64,000 nucleotides of DNA from Candidatus Eiseniibacteriota bacterium (GTDB taxonomy: Bacteria; Eisenbacteria; RBG-16-71-46). How positions within the stretch are numbered: position 1 is the first letter of the stretch; every line of letters begins with the position of its first letter. Shown piece by piece: positions 24,061 to 35,322 of this stretch. The stretch spans positions 512,001 through 576,000 of the forward strand of contig CAVZLN010000003.1 of assembly GCA_963776245.1 (NCBI GenBank), read 5' to 3'. The notes beneath the pieces are model-generated. The model was not told the DNA's origin. It saw only the letters and a list, made by a program, of their open reading frames with translations, and searched no databases. The translations under genes were made by a program, and so were the position numbers.

Positions 24061-26178
24061 ATGAGCCGGCCCCCCGCGCGACCATCCGCACGCCACCGCG
24101 CCCGCGCCCCGCGCCGGCCGGCGGCCCCCGGACCGCTTTCGCTCCACGGGGCGCCCGGCACCTCCGCCGCGCTCGAGACCGTGTGCGGACGGCTCGCCTG
24201 GGGCGTGCTCGCGGCGTTCGCCGCGACGCTGCTCGCCGTGGCCCTGGGCCTGCACCGCATCGGCGACTATTTCACCGAGACCGACTTCTACGGCGCGTAC
24301 GCCGAGGGCGCGCGGCTGATCCAGCACGGGCGGCTGATGCCCTCCCGCTATGGCGTGGTGGGCCCGGGTTACGAGGCGGTGCTCGCGCTGGTGGGCTTCG
24401 TGGTGCGCGATCTGTTCGTGGCGGCCGAGCTCATCTCGGTGGCGGCCGCCCTGGTCACCGCGCTGCTGTGGACCGGGCTGGTCCGCCGACTCACCGACGG
24501 ACGCCTCGCGCTGTTCGCGCTGCTGTTCCTCGTCACCAATCCGGTGTTCTTCCGCTTCGGCTACTCGACCACCACCGACGCGCTCGCGCTCGCGCTGCAG
24601 ACGCTCGCCCTGTGGCTGCTCCTCACCCGCGCCGGCCCGCGCGGCGCGCTGGCGGCGGGCGCGCTGGCGGCGGCCGCGTTCCTGACCCGCTACAGCGCCG
24701 TGGCCCTGCTGCCCGCCGGGATCCTCGCGATCTCGCTCGGCGCCACGCGAGCGCCCCGTCGCGGGCGGGACGCGCTGGCGTTCGCCGCGGGGTTCGCGCT
24801 GCCGGTGGTGCCGTGGGTGATCTACTGCGTCAGCCACGGCTCGGGGTTCTCGTTCCAGCTCCACCACAACATCGCCTACGAAGTGTTCGCGCGTCCCCGG
24901 GGCATCGTGTGGGACGACTACCAGAGGCTGCTCCAGCCCCAGTTCCACTCGCTGTGGGATGTCATCGCGCGCGACCCGGTCGCGGTCGCCTCGCGCATGC
25001 TCTTCAACCTCACCGACCACCTGCGGCTCGACGCCCGGGACCTGCTCGGCTGGCCGGTCGCCATCGCCGCGCTGCTCGGGCTCGCGCTCGCCGCGCTCGA
25101 CGGAACGCTGCGGCGCCTGTGGCCGCTGGCGGCCTTCGGGGCGCTCGCGTTCCTGGTGCTGGTGCCCGCGTTCCACGCCGCGCGCTATTCGCTGGCGCTG
25201 CTGCCGGTCTACGCCGCGTTCGCCGCCGCGCTGTTCGCCTCCCCGCGCTTCGCGCTCGCGGCCGGTCGCGCGCGGCGCGTGCGGCTGAAGAGCGTGCTCG
25301 CGCTGGTGCCGCTGGCGGCCGCGCTCCTCGGCTCGTGGGACCTCCAGGCGCGCATCCTCGACCAGCTGCCGGTCGAGGTGCTCGACGTCGCGGCCACGCT
25401 GCGCGGCGCGGCGCGGCCGGGCGACCGCATCATCGCGCGCAAGCCGCATCTGGCGTACCTGTCGGGTCTCGAGGGCCGGCCGTTCCCGTTCGCCGACTCG
25501 CTCCCCCAGCTCGCGGCGGCCACCCGCCAGCAGGGGGTGCGCTGGCTCTACGTGTCCTGGGTCGAGGTCGAGACGCGCCCGCGCTTCTGGTACCTGCTCG
25601 ACACCACCGCAGTCGTCCCCGGGCTCACGGTGCGCCGGGTGACGCGACCGCACCCGGCGGTGCTCTACGAGATCGGCCCGGGATTCGGCACCCGCCCGGC
25701 GTGGATGGCCAACGACACCTCGGTCACCTGGCACACCGCGCGCGCGCAGTTGCTGGTGAATCCCGACGATCCCGCGGCGCTGTTCCACCTCGGGCTGGTG
25801 GAGCTGTCACGGGGCACGGTGGCCAGCGCGAGCGCGCTCCTGGAGCGCAGCGTCCGCCTCGATCCCCGCCGTGCCGGGGCGTGGCTGCTGCTGGCCGAGA
25901 TCGGGCTGCGCCGCGGTGACGCCGCGGCGACCGAGCGCGCCTGCCGCGGGGCGCTTGCCGCCGATCCCGGCAGCATCGATGCCCGTGCCGCGCTGGGGTG
26001 GGCGAGCCTGGTCGCCGGCCGACCCGACGAGGCCGCGGCGCGCTGGCGACCGGTGGTGCACGCGGTGCGCGACCCGGGTACCCTCGAGCGCATGGTCACG
26101 CTGTTCACCGAGACCGGCGACCTCGCCGCCGCCGCCGCCGCGCGGGCCGCGCTCGCGCATGCGAGAGGAGCGCCATGA
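24061..26178 (+). CDS. GT-C (ArnT/PMT-like) membrane glycosyltransferase with C-terminal TPR repeats
   Basis: ETDFYG acidic loop after the first TM, many TMs, FLTRY, RPGDRIIARKP, C-terminal NPDD/LDPR/ADPG TPR-like units. Confidence 0.7.
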   Translation: MSRPPARPSARHRARAPRRPAAPGPLSLHGAPGTSAALETVCGRLAWGVLAAFAATLLAVALGLHRIGDYFTETDFYGAYAEGARLIQHGRLMPSRYGVVGPGYEAVLALVGFVVRDLFVAAELISVAAALVTALLWTGLVRRLTDGRLALFALLFLVTNPVFFRFGYSTTTDALALALQTLALWLLLTRAGPRGALAAGALAAAAFLTRYSAVALLPAGILAISLGATRAPRRGRDALAFAAGFALPVVPWVIYCVSHGSGFSFQLHHNIAYEVFARPRGIVWDDYQRLLQPQFHSLWDVIARDPVAVASRMLFNLTDHLRLDARDLLGWPVAIAALLGLALAALDGTLRRLWPLAAFGALAFLVLVPAFHAARYSLALLPVYAAFAAALFASPRFALAAGRARRVRLKSVLALVPLAAALLGSWDLQARILDQLPVEVLDVAATLRGAARPGDRIIARKPHLAYLSGLEGRPFPFADSLPQLAAATRQQGVRWLYVSWVEVETRPRFWYLLDTTAVVPGLTVRRVTRPHPAVLYEIGPGFGTRPAWMANDTSVTWHTARAQLLVNPDDPAALFHLGLVELSRGTVASASALLERSVRLDPRRAGAWLLLAEIGLRRGDAAATERACRGALAADPGSIDARAALGWASLVAGRPDEAAARWRPVVHAVRDPGTLERMVTLFTETGDLAAAAAARAALAHARGAP

Positions 26179-27080
26179 CGGGCAGCCCGGGTCGCCGCGT
26201 CCTCCATGTCCTCGGCGGGCTGGTCGTCCCCGCCGCGCTCACCGCGCTGATGTCGTGCGCCGGCACCGCACCCGGAACCGCGACGCGTCCGCCGGGGCGC
26301 GCGGCGACCCGCGCGCCCGAGCCCGATTCGATCACGGCCGGGGTGTGGCACTTCGACGAGACCGGCGGCACGCACGCGGCCGACGCCGGGCCCTTCCGAC
26401 TCGACGGCACGTTCGGCGTGGACACGCGCACCGATTTCGGTCGGGTGCGCGCCGCCCGACGGTTCACCCGCTCGGTCGAGTCGTTCATGTTCGTGCCCTA
26501 CAGCCCGGCGCTCGAGAACGGCAGCGGCCTGACCGTCGAAGCGTGGGTGTACGTCGACTCCTACGGCCAGTACGAGGACACGCCCATCGCCGGGCGCTGG
26601 ACGCCCCTGGCCAACCAGCAGTCCTGGCTGTTCTCGATCGTGGGCGAGCAGCTCGATCCGCCTTACGTGAGCCTCGCGAGCCCCGGGTATCATCGGGACC
26701 TGGTGGTGGGCGGGGAGCGCGGGCGGTTGCTGTTCGCGTTCCAGCCCGAGCCAGCCAGCCCCCCGTTCGCGTACACCTCGGCCACGTCGATCGAGCTCGG
26801 GACCTGGACGCACGTGGGTGTGACGTACGACGGCGCGGTGGTGCGCTTCTTCATCGACGGCCGCCCCGAGTCCCAGTACGCCAGCGTCGGCGCGATCCGC
26901 AGGACGAACGCGCCGCTGCTGGTGGGCAACGCCTTCGACCCGCGCCTGCTCTCGGACTTCGCCGGGGACCTGCGCCTGGATGCCATCGCGGACCGCGCTC
27001 CGTACTACGCCTTCGAGGGACTCATCGACGAGTTGCGCATCTCGACCGCCGCGCGTGCGAGGGTGACCGCGGGGCGCTGA
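26175..27080 (+). CDS. LamG/concanavalin A-like domain lipoprotein
   Basis: Lipobox-like ALMSC; WHFDE, LTVEAWV, WTHVGVTYDG..FFIDG, FEGLIDELRIS. Confidence 0.82.
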   Translation: MTGSPGRRVLHVLGGLVVPAALTALMSCAGTAPGTATRPPGRAATRAPEPDSITAGVWHFDETGGTHAADAGPFRLDGTFGVDTRTDFGRVRAARRFTRSVESFMFVPYSPALENGSGLTVEAWVYVDSYGQYEDTPIAGRWTPLANQQSWLFSIVGEQLDPPYVSLASPGYHRDLVVGGERGRLLFAFQPEPASPPFAYTSATSIELGTWTHVGVTYDGAVVRFFIDGRPESQYASVGAIRRTNAPLLVGNAFDPRLLSDFAGDLRLDAIADRAPYYAFEGLIDELRISTAARARVTAGR

Positions 27081-27264
27081 CCGGCGGCTCCCCGTGAACG
27101 GGGTGGACGGGGGCGTCCACGCCCGGCGACGGCCGGCGGGCATGAAGGGGCGCCCGCACCGCGGATGGCTCACGGCGTGCTCCTTGCGGGGGACACCGCG
27201 CCGCCGCCCGGCGCGGATGGCGACCCCGGACCCGCGATCGAACCTCGCCCCACACGAGAAGCCC

Positions 27265-29640
27265 ATGCGATCCATCCTCTCGACCCTCCTGGCGCTCCTC
27301 CTCCTGGCGCCGGCCGGCGCGCTCGCCGACACGGCCCGCGAACTGGTGGTGATGCTCGCGCCGGTGCCGGGGGACGACGCCCGCGCCACCGCCGCCCGCG
27401 CGTCGGTGGCGGCGCGTCTCGAGGCGCTCGGTCTCGAGGTGCTCGCCTCGCTCGGCGAGGGACTGCCGCTGGCGTCCGACGCCGCGCGCGCGGCGCGCCC
27501 CGGCGCGTCCGGGCTGGATCCGGCGCGGGTGCTGCGGCTGGCCGCGCGCGATCCGGCGGCCGCCGACGCCGCGCTGGCAGCCCTCGTCGACGCTCCGGGC
27601 ATCGCGTGGGCGGAGCGCAACCAGGCGCGCGAACCGGCCGGCGCGGGAGTGTTCCCCGACGACCCCTATCTGGTCGAGGGGCGCCAGTGGGCCCTCGAGA
27701 ACCGCGGCCCGGTGAGCGGATTCGGCGGGATCGCGGGCGCCGACATCGGCGCGCGCGCCGCGTGGACGATCACCACCGGGAGCGCCGACGTGCTGCTGGC
27801 GGTCGCCGACACCGGCATCGACCCGGCGCACCCCGAGTTCGTGGCGTGGCTGCCGGATGGCCGCCCGCGCCTCGAGCCCGGGCTGAACGTCACGCTCGAA
27901 CCCGGCGGAGCGGTCACGGACTCCTTCGGCCACGGCACGCCGGTGGCCGGCGTGATGGCGGCACGCACCAACGACGGCGCCCACTTCGACTCGCTCGGCA
28001 TCGCGGGGGTGTGCGGCGGGGACGGCGCGGCGAATCCGGGCTGCCGGCTGTTGCCCATCAAGATCGCGCCCGGCCACAGCGGCGTCTCCAGTTCGTACGA
28101 GATCGCGCGCGCGATGCTGTTCGCGGCCGGATGCGGCGCGCGTGCCATGAATCTCTCGTTCGCCGGCGGTGTGCCGAGCAAGGTCGAGCGCCTCGCGCTG
28201 CAGGACGCGCTGGTGAGCGGATGCGTCGTGGTGGCGGCCGCCGGCAACCGCGGGTACGCCGCGCCGACCGCGCCCCAGTATCCGGCGGCGTTCGCGGCCG
28301 ACGGGCTGTGCATCCAGGTCGGCTCCTCCGATCCTTCCGACCGGCGCTCGATCTTCTCGTCCTACGGCCCCGGGCTCGACCTGCTCGCGCCGGGCGAGGA
28401 CATCTGGACCACCTTCATGACCTACCCGAGCGCGGCCGGCGTGCTCTACAACGGCTACGTCGTGGCCGCAGGCACGTCGTTCGCGGCGCCCCACGTGACC
28501 GGCGTGGTCGGATTGCTCGCCGCGGCGAGGCCCGAACTCATGGACACCGACTTCCAGCACGTGCTCCGCGAGAGCGCGCACGACCTCGATCCGCCGGGCT
28601 GGGACGCCCCGACCGCCTGGGGCCGCCTCGACGCCGCGGCCGCGCTCCGCGCCGTGGACCCGGCCGTCGGCGTGTGGCACGGCGAGGCCGCGGCGGCCAC
28701 GGTGACCGCGACCGGCCGGGGCACGCTCACACTCGGCGACGCGCGCGCGGGCGAGCGCCTGCGGGTGTGGACCGGCACCGAGGAGCTCGAGGCCAGCGCG
28801 ACCGTGACGCTGCCCGACTCCTTCCTGCCGCCGGTGCGGGTGTGGCCGCGCGTCGGCGGCACCTCCACGGCGCGCGGCGGATTCACGCTGCCGTACCTCA
28901 CGCCGTGGGCCGAGGTCGCGAGCGCGGACGACGCATCGTTCACGCTGCGCGGACACCTGTACCACGTGCCGCCCGACAGCGGTGTGGCGAACGGGGACTA
29001 CCTTCCCGTGCCGCCGGGGGAGGCGCGGTTCGGTTTCACCGTGATGGGCCGCGTGGACCGGCCGCCGAGCGTGCGCGTGCTGAGCCCGCTGCCCGGCGCG
29101 CCGCTGCGCATGGGAGACACGCTCGAGGTGGCGTGGCAGGCGAGCGATCCCGACACCGTGACCGGCGTGACGCTCGCGCTGGTCGCGGATGACGGCGTCG
29201 AGACCCCGATCGCGGCGTTGCCGGGTGACGCGCGGGGCATCGACTTCCCGGCGCCGTGCGCGGCCGCGGGGCCGGCGCGGCTGCGGGTGACCGCGATCGA
29301 CGGGCACGGGCGGCAGGCCGACCGCACCACGCTCGAGGTGCCGGTCGTCCTGCTGCCGGGCGGGTGCGCGGGAGGGCCGATGTCGCGCGCGGCGGCGTTC
29401 GGCGCGGCGCCGAACCCGTTCGGGCCGCGCACCTGGATCTCGGTGCCCTGGCCCGGCACGCTGCGCGTGGTGGACCTCGCCGGCCGCGTGGTGATGCGCC
29501 GCGTCATCCCGGCGGGCTCGCCCGGCGTCCGCTGGGACGGCCACGACGATCGCGGCGGACGCCTGCCGGCCGGGCTCTACTTCGCGCGCCTCGAGGGCGC
29601 GCCGGGGAGGCTCGACCTGCGGCTCGTCCGGCTCGAGTGA
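27265..29640 (+). CDS. Secreted S8 subtilisin-like serine protease with FlgD-like C-terminal domain
   Basis: Signal peptide; catalytic triad VADTGID, GHGTPVAG, GTSFAAPHV; AAAGN; tail PNPF..DLAGR..WDG..AGLYFAR. Confidence 0.92.
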   Translation: MRSILSTLLALLLLAPAGALADTARELVVMLAPVPGDDARATAARASVAARLEALGLEVLASLGEGLPLASDAARAARPGASGLDPARVLRLAARDPAAADAALAALVDAPGIAWAERNQAREPAGAGVFPDDPYLVEGRQWALENRGPVSGFGGIAGADIGARAAWTITTGSADVLLAVADTGIDPAHPEFVAWLPDGRPRLEPGLNVTLEPGGAVTDSFGHGTPVAGVMAARTNDGAHFDSLGIAGVCGGDGAANPGCRLLPIKIAPGHSGVSSSYEIARAMLFAAGCGARAMNLSFAGGVPSKVERLALQDALVSGCVVVAAAGNRGYAAPTAPQYPAAFAADGLCIQVGSSDPSDRRSIFSSYGPGLDLLAPGEDIWTTFMTYPSAAGVLYNGYVVAAGTSFAAPHVTGVVGLLAAARPELMDTDFQHVLRESAHDLDPPGWDAPTAWGRLDAAAALRAVDPAVGVWHGEAAAATVTATGRGTLTLGDARAGERLRVWTGTEELEASATVTLPDSFLPPVRVWPRVGGTSTARGGFTLPYLTPWAEVASADDASFTLRGHLYHVPPDSGVANGDYLPVPPGEARFGFTVMGRVDRPPSVRVLSPLPGAPLRMGDTLEVAWQASDPDTVTGVTLALVADDGVETPIAALPGDARGIDFPAPCAAAGPARLRVTAIDGHGRQADRTTLEVPVVLLPGGCAGGPMSRAAAFGAAPNPFGPRTWISVPWPGTLRVVDLAGRVVMRRVIPAGSPGVRWDGHDDRGGRLPAGLYFARLEGAPGRLDLRLVRLE

Positions 29641-29702
29641 GGATCCCGCCGGCGCGGGGGGCGCCCGCCGCGTTACACTGCGGGCCACGGGAGGTCCACG
29701 CC

Positions 29703-30949
29703 ATGCGCATCGCCGCCATCCATGTCGTCGCCCTGGGGCTCGTCGCGCTCGCGCCGGCGGGTTGCTCACCCATCCGGCCCCCGGCCGACTGGGCGCGGGT
29801 GCGCGAGGTGACGCCGGCCTTCTTCGCGCGGCGCGACGCGACCGACCCCGCCCTCGCCTCGGACGGCAACGGCCGTGTCGCGCTCACGTTCGTCACCCAC
29901 GATCCCGCCGGCGGCCGGGACGTCTGGCTCGCGGTCTCGCGCGACAGTGGCGCGACGTTCGGCGCGCCGCTGCGCGTGAACCTCTCGCCCGGCCGGGTCT
30001 CGTCGTACTCCGAGAATCGCCCGGTGTCCGCATGGGGGACGGGGGGCGGCTCGCCATCGCGTGGTCCGAGTTGCGCGCGGACAGCGGCGCGGCCGCCGAC
30101 CTGGTGGTGCGCGCCAGCGCCGACGCGGGCGCCACGCTCGGCCCGCCCGTGGTGGTGAACGACGACACGCTCGGCCGGCCCACCTACCATGGCTTCCCGG
30201 CGCTCGCGTTCCAGCCCGACGGCGCCCTGTTCGCGGCCTGGATGGACGGGCGCTCCCATCCCGAGGCCGAGGCCGAGACCATGGGGGCGCTCTTCACCGC
30301 GCTGAGCTTCGACGGCGGGCTCACCTGGACCCCGAACGCGATGGTGACCGACTCGCTCTGCCCGTGCTGCCGCGCATCGGTCGCCGGTCTCGGCGACGAG
30401 CGCCTGGCGCTCGCCTATCGCAGCGCCGCGCGCGGGGTGCGCGATCCGGTGCTGGCCTTCTCGGTCGACGGCGGACGCACCTTCGAGCCCGAGCGCCCGC
30501 TCGCGGACGACCGGTGGCGGATCGAGGCCTGTCCCTCGGACGGCCCGGTCCTGGCGGCCGCGGGCCGCGGCGGGGCCGCGGTGTGGACCACCGGCGCCGA
30601 CCCCGCGGGCGTGTATCTGGCGCCGTGGACGTTCGGGCGCGGCGCGACCGGACCGCGACGCGCCCTGCTCGACAGTCTCTCGCGGGCCGCCCATCCGCGC
30701 GTGGCTCCGCTCGGTGGCGCCACGCTGGTGACGGTCGAGGCGCGGCCGGCCGGCGACAGCGTGACGGTCATAGCCGCGCGCGCGCTCGAGCCCGACGGCG
30801 CGCTCACGCCCTGGGTGTTCCTCGGCGTCCATGCCCGCGACGCATGGCTCGCCCCGCTCACCCCGCGCGCCGCACTCGTCGCATGGGTCGAGCGCGAGCG
30901 CAGCACCCCGCGCATCCGCCTCGCCCGCCTGGAGCGGATGCCGCAGTGA
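29703..30949 (+). CDS. BNR/Asp-box (sialidase-like) lipoprotein, frameshift near 30045
   Basis: Lipobox-like PAGC; Asp-boxes SRDSGATF, SADAGATL, SFDGGLTW, SVDGGRTF; CPCCR and W.I.ACP motifs; shift in a G-rich run. Confidence 0.78.
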
Positions 30950-30994
30950 TGAGCTCCAGCGCGTTCCCGTGCCGCACGCCGCAACGACGCCGGA

Positions 30995-31063
30995 GCCGGG
31001 GCCGCGAGGGCCGGTGGCGATGCGTGTGGGTATTGCATCGTCACCGGCCCTCGCGGCCCCGGC
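30995..31063 (+). repeat. Long hairpin 1: 29-bp stem (one G-T pair), loop GTGTGGGTATT
   Basis: GCCGGGGCCGCGAGGGCCGGTGGCGATGC pairs with GCATCGTCACCGGCCCTCGCGGCCCCGGC. Confidence 0.95.
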
Positions 31064-31113
31064 GACCGCACGCTTCGGGGACGGTCGGTCGGCTCCTCGG
31101 CCAGCGCTCGAGC

Positions 31114-31178
31114 CGGAGGGGCACAGGCCGGATACGGTGCAATACCCACACGCACCGCATCCGGCCTGTGCCCCTCCG
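31114..31178 (-). repeat. Long hairpin 2: 27-bp stem (one G-T pair on the minus strand), same loop in inverted orientation
   Basis: CGGAGGGGCACAGGCCGGATACGGTGC - AATACCCACAC - GCACCGCATCCGGCCTGTGCCCCTCCG. Confidence 0.95.
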
Positions 31179-31328
31179 TCGGGGACCCGTGCCCCAGCGG
31201 TCGCACGACTCGAGCCTCGCGGATCCGCCGCGCGTTGATGCTCGTTCGAAGCGCGTGCTAGGCTCGCCATTCGCATCGCACCGCGCGCCGGCCCGCCGCG
31301 CCCTCACCCCGACACCCGCGAGAACCCC

Positions 31329-32334
<1,006 letters not shown>

Positions 32335-32372
32335 GCGGCGCCCCACAGCGCGCCCGCGCGCCGGAGGAGACC

Positions 32373-33776
32373 ATGCCCCACGCCGCGCCACCATCCCGCG
32401 TCGTCATCCTGCACCGCCGCATCGGCCTCTATGCCGCCACCGCCATCACGGTGGGCAACATCATCGGCTCGGGCATCTTCCGTTCGCCGCATTCCGTGGC
32501 GCGGGAGCTCACCTCGTTCCCGCTCGTCCTGCTGGCGTGGATCGTGGGCGGCCTGCTCTCGATCTGCGGCTCGCTGGTGCTGGCCGAGCTGGCGGTGGCC
32601 CACCCGCGGACCGGCGGGCTCTACGTGTTCATCCGCGAGGCGTTCGGCGACGCGTGGGGATTCGTATTCGGATGGGCGAACCTGTGGGTGATCAAGCCCA
32701 CCGTCATCGCCTCGATCACGAGCGTGTTCGCGCTCTACCTGTGCCAGGTGATGGGGTGGCCGAAGAGCGCGGAGTTCGGCGCCGGAGCCGCGGCCATCCT
32801 GGTGCTCACGTTCGTGAATTGGCTCGGCGTCCGGGAGGGCGCGCGCACCCAGTCGTGGCTCACCACCGCCAAGGTGGCCGGCATCCTCGGGCTGTGCGCC
32901 GCGGCGCTCCTGCTGCCCGCGAGTCCCGCTGCCTCGCCCATGCCGGTCGCGGCGGCGGCGAGCTCCAAGCCGCTGCTGGTCGGGTTCTTCGTCGCCATGG
33001 TGGCGATCCTGTTCGCCTATGACGGCTGGACCGACTCCACCTACGTCGCCGGCGAGGTGCGCGACCCGAAGCGGGTGATGCCGGTCGCCATCGTCTGGGG
33101 CACCTGGCTGGTGATCGCGGTCTACGTGCTCACCAACGTCGCCTACTTCCACGTGCTGGGCGCGAAGGGCGTGGCGGCTTACGAGGCCGTGGGCTCCGAG
33201 ACCATGCGGCGGCTGGCCGGCGAGTGGGGGGCGCGCGCGCTCGCGGTGCTGGTCGCGATCTCCACCTTCGGCACCACCAATGGCGCCATCCTCACCGGCC
33301 CGCGCGTCACCCAGGCGATGGCGGCCGACGGCCTGCTCTGGAAGCCGCTCGCCGCCCTCGATCCGAAGCGCGAAACGCCCACCCTCGCGCTCGTGGTGCA
33401 GGCCGTGCTCGCGTGCGCCTGGCTCAGGGTCGCGAACGGGTTCGACGATGTCTCGGGCTGGTTCGTCACCACCTCGTGGCTGTTCTACGGGCTGACCACC
33501 GCGGCGATCTTCGTGCAGCGGCGCCGCGAGGCGCGCGGACAGGTCGAGGCGCCGGCGTACCGCGCGCTGCTGTTCCCGTTCACGCCGGTGGTGTTCATCC
33601 TCGTCACCGTGGTCATCATCTGGAGCGATTTCAGCTCGAGCACCCCGCTCGCCATCGCCGGCGTCGGCGGTCCGCTCGCGTCGCTGCTCGGGCTGGTGCC
33701 GCGCGCCGGTCTGGGCGCGCTCGTCGCCGCGCTCGGGTTCCCGGTCTACTGGCTCTGGAAGGGCCGGCGCGGATGA
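32373..33776 (+). CDS. APC-family amino acid permease
   Basis: [44 protein letters not shown]; about 12 TMs. Confidence 0.9.
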   Translation: MPHAAPPSRVVILHRRIGLYAATAITVGNIIGSGIFRSPHSVARELTSFPLVLLAWIVGGLLSICGSLVLAELAVAHPRTGGLYVFIREAFGDAWGFVFGWANLWVIKPTVIASITSVFALYLCQVMGWPKSAEFGAGAAAILVLTFVNWLGVREGARTQSWLTTAKVAGILGLCAAALLLPASPAASPMPVAAAASSKPLLVGFFVAMVAILFAYDGWTDSTYVAGEVRDPKRVMPVAIVWGTWLVIAVYVLTNVAYFHVLGAKGVAAYEAVGSETMRRLAGEWGARALAVLVAISTFGTTNGAILTGPRVTQAMAADGLLWKPLAALDPKRETPTLALVVQAVLACAWLRVANGFDDVSGWFVTTSWLFYGLTTAAIFVQRRREARGQVEAPAYRALLFPFTPVVFILVTVVIIWSDFSSSTPLAIAGVGGPLASLLGLVPRAGLGALVAALGFPVYWLWKGRRG

Positions 33777-34696
33777 GCGCCGAGCCCCGCTCCTCCGCCG
33801 GCGAGGGCCGCCGGTTCCTCGACCCCGCGGTGGTCGCGCGACTCGCCCACCTCGACGTGCGCGCGCGCCTGGTGGTCGAGGGCTTCATCGCCGGCATGCA
33901 TCGTTCCCCGTTCCATGGCTTCAGCGTGGAGTTCGCGGAGCACCGGCCCTACATGCCCGGCGACCCGCTCAAGAACCTCGACTGGAAGGTGTGGGCGCGC
34001 AGCGACCGCTACCTGGTGAAGCAGTACACCGAAGAGACCAACCTGCGCTGCCACCTGCTGGTGGACCTCTCGGGCTCGATGGGGTTCCGCTCCGAGCGCG
34101 CGGCGATGGGCAAGCTCGAATACGCCCGCTCGCTGGCGGCGGCGCTCGCGTACCTCATGCTCCAGCAGCAGGACGCGGTGGGCGCCCTGTTGTTCGCCGA
34201 GCGCCCGCTGCGCTACGTGCCCGCGCGCGCGGTGCGCTCGCATCTCGACGTGCTGCTGGGCGTGCTGGGCGAGGCCCAGCCGCAGGGACGCACGCGCCTC
34301 GGGCCGGTGCTGCACGAGCTCGCCGAGCGCATCAAGCGCCGCGGGCTGGTGGTGCTGCTCTCCGACCTCATGGACCAGCCGTCCGAGGTGATGTCGGGGC
34401 TCCAGCACTTCCGTCACCGCCACCACGAGGTGGTGGTGTTCCACATCCTCGACCCCGACGAGGTGGACTTCCCCTACGCCGACACCGCGACCTTCGTGGA
34501 CATGGAGACCGGCGAGCGGATCACCACCGAGCCGTGGGAGATCGCGCGTCGCTATCGTGAGCGTCTCGCGGCGTGGACCGGCCATTACCAGCGCCAGTGC
34601 CGCGAACAGCGCATCGACTACGTGCGTCTCGACACGCGCACGCCCTTCGACCGGGCGCTGCTCGCCTACCTCGAGAAGCGCGCGAGGCTGCTGTGA
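33773..34696 (+). CDS. DUF58 (VWA-like) protein, MoxR partner
   Basis: [41 protein letters not shown]. Confidence 0.92.
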   Translation: MSAEPRSSAGEGRRFLDPAVVARLAHLDVRARLVVEGFIAGMHRSPFHGFSVEFAEHRPYMPGDPLKNLDWKVWARSDRYLVKQYTEETNLRCHLLVDLSGSMGFRSERAAMGKLEYARSLAAALAYLMLQQQDAVGALLFAERPLRYVPARAVRSHLDVLLGVLGEAQPQGRTRLGPVLHELAERIKRRGLVVLLSDLMDQPSEVMSGLQHFRHRHHEVVVFHILDPDEVDFPYADTATFVDMETGERITTEPWEIARRYRERLAAWTGHYQRQCREQRIDYVRLDTRTPFDRALLAYLEKRARLL

Positions 34697-35322
34697 TCCT
34701 GCGTCTGTCCGCCGCGCTCGCGCTGGCCGCCGGGCTGGTGACGCTGATGGCGTTCCTCCACCTCATCGGCCGGGGGCCGTTCGCGAGCGAGGCGGCGCGC
34801 CACCTGCGCGCGATGAAGGACCGCGCCACCGTGCCCAGCACCGCGCAGGCGGTGACCCTGGCGTGGATGCGCACCTTGCCGCACGGGCGGCCGCCCGCCG
34901 AGACCGCCCCGTTCGAGAGCCGCGGCGTGAGCCTCGAGGGCTACGTGCAGCGCATCCTGTGGTCGAGCGACGGCGACACCCATCTCGAGATCGCGCCCGA
35001 GCCGCCGCCCGCGGACAGCGCGACGCGATACGTGACCGCCGAGATCACGCGCCGCTTCCGGGAGCGGCATCCGGGCTGGGGCTACGGAGCGCTGGCGGCC
35101 ACGCTGCGGCCCAATCTCGGCAGCGGGCGGCCGTGGCCCGGCGGTCCGCGGCGGGCGCGGGTCACCGGCTGGCTGTTCTACGATCTCCAGTACGACGCGC
35201 CGGTCCCCGACTCGATGCTCGACCGGGGCGCGCCGCGGGTGACCGGGTGGGAGATCCATCCGGTGACACGCCTCGAGGTGTGGGATGACACGCGGGGCGC
35301 GTGGGCCGAGGTCGGCCCGTGA
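34693..35322 (+). CDS. Membrane-anchored hypothetical protein (possible OB-fold)
   Basis: GTGA overlaps at both ends; N-terminal TM; DGDTH, VTGWLFYD, WEIHPV. Confidence 0.7.
   Translation: MILRLSAALALAAGLVTLMAFLHLIGRGPFASEAARHLRAMKDRATVPSTAQAVTLAWMRTLPHGRPPAETAPFESRGVSLEGYVQRILWSSDGDTHLEIAPEPPPADSATRYVTAEITRRFRERHPGWGYGALAATLRPNLGSGRPWPGGPRRARVTGWLFYDLQYDAPVPDSMLDRGAPRVTGWEIHPVTRLEVWDDTRGAWAEVGP

Noticed and set aside
30995..31178. Twin hairpins as CRISPR repeats, integron attC sites, dif site or terminators
   Set aside because: Only two inverted copies with no spacers or cas genes, no RYYYAAC/GTTRRRY boxes, no XerD arm and no U-tract
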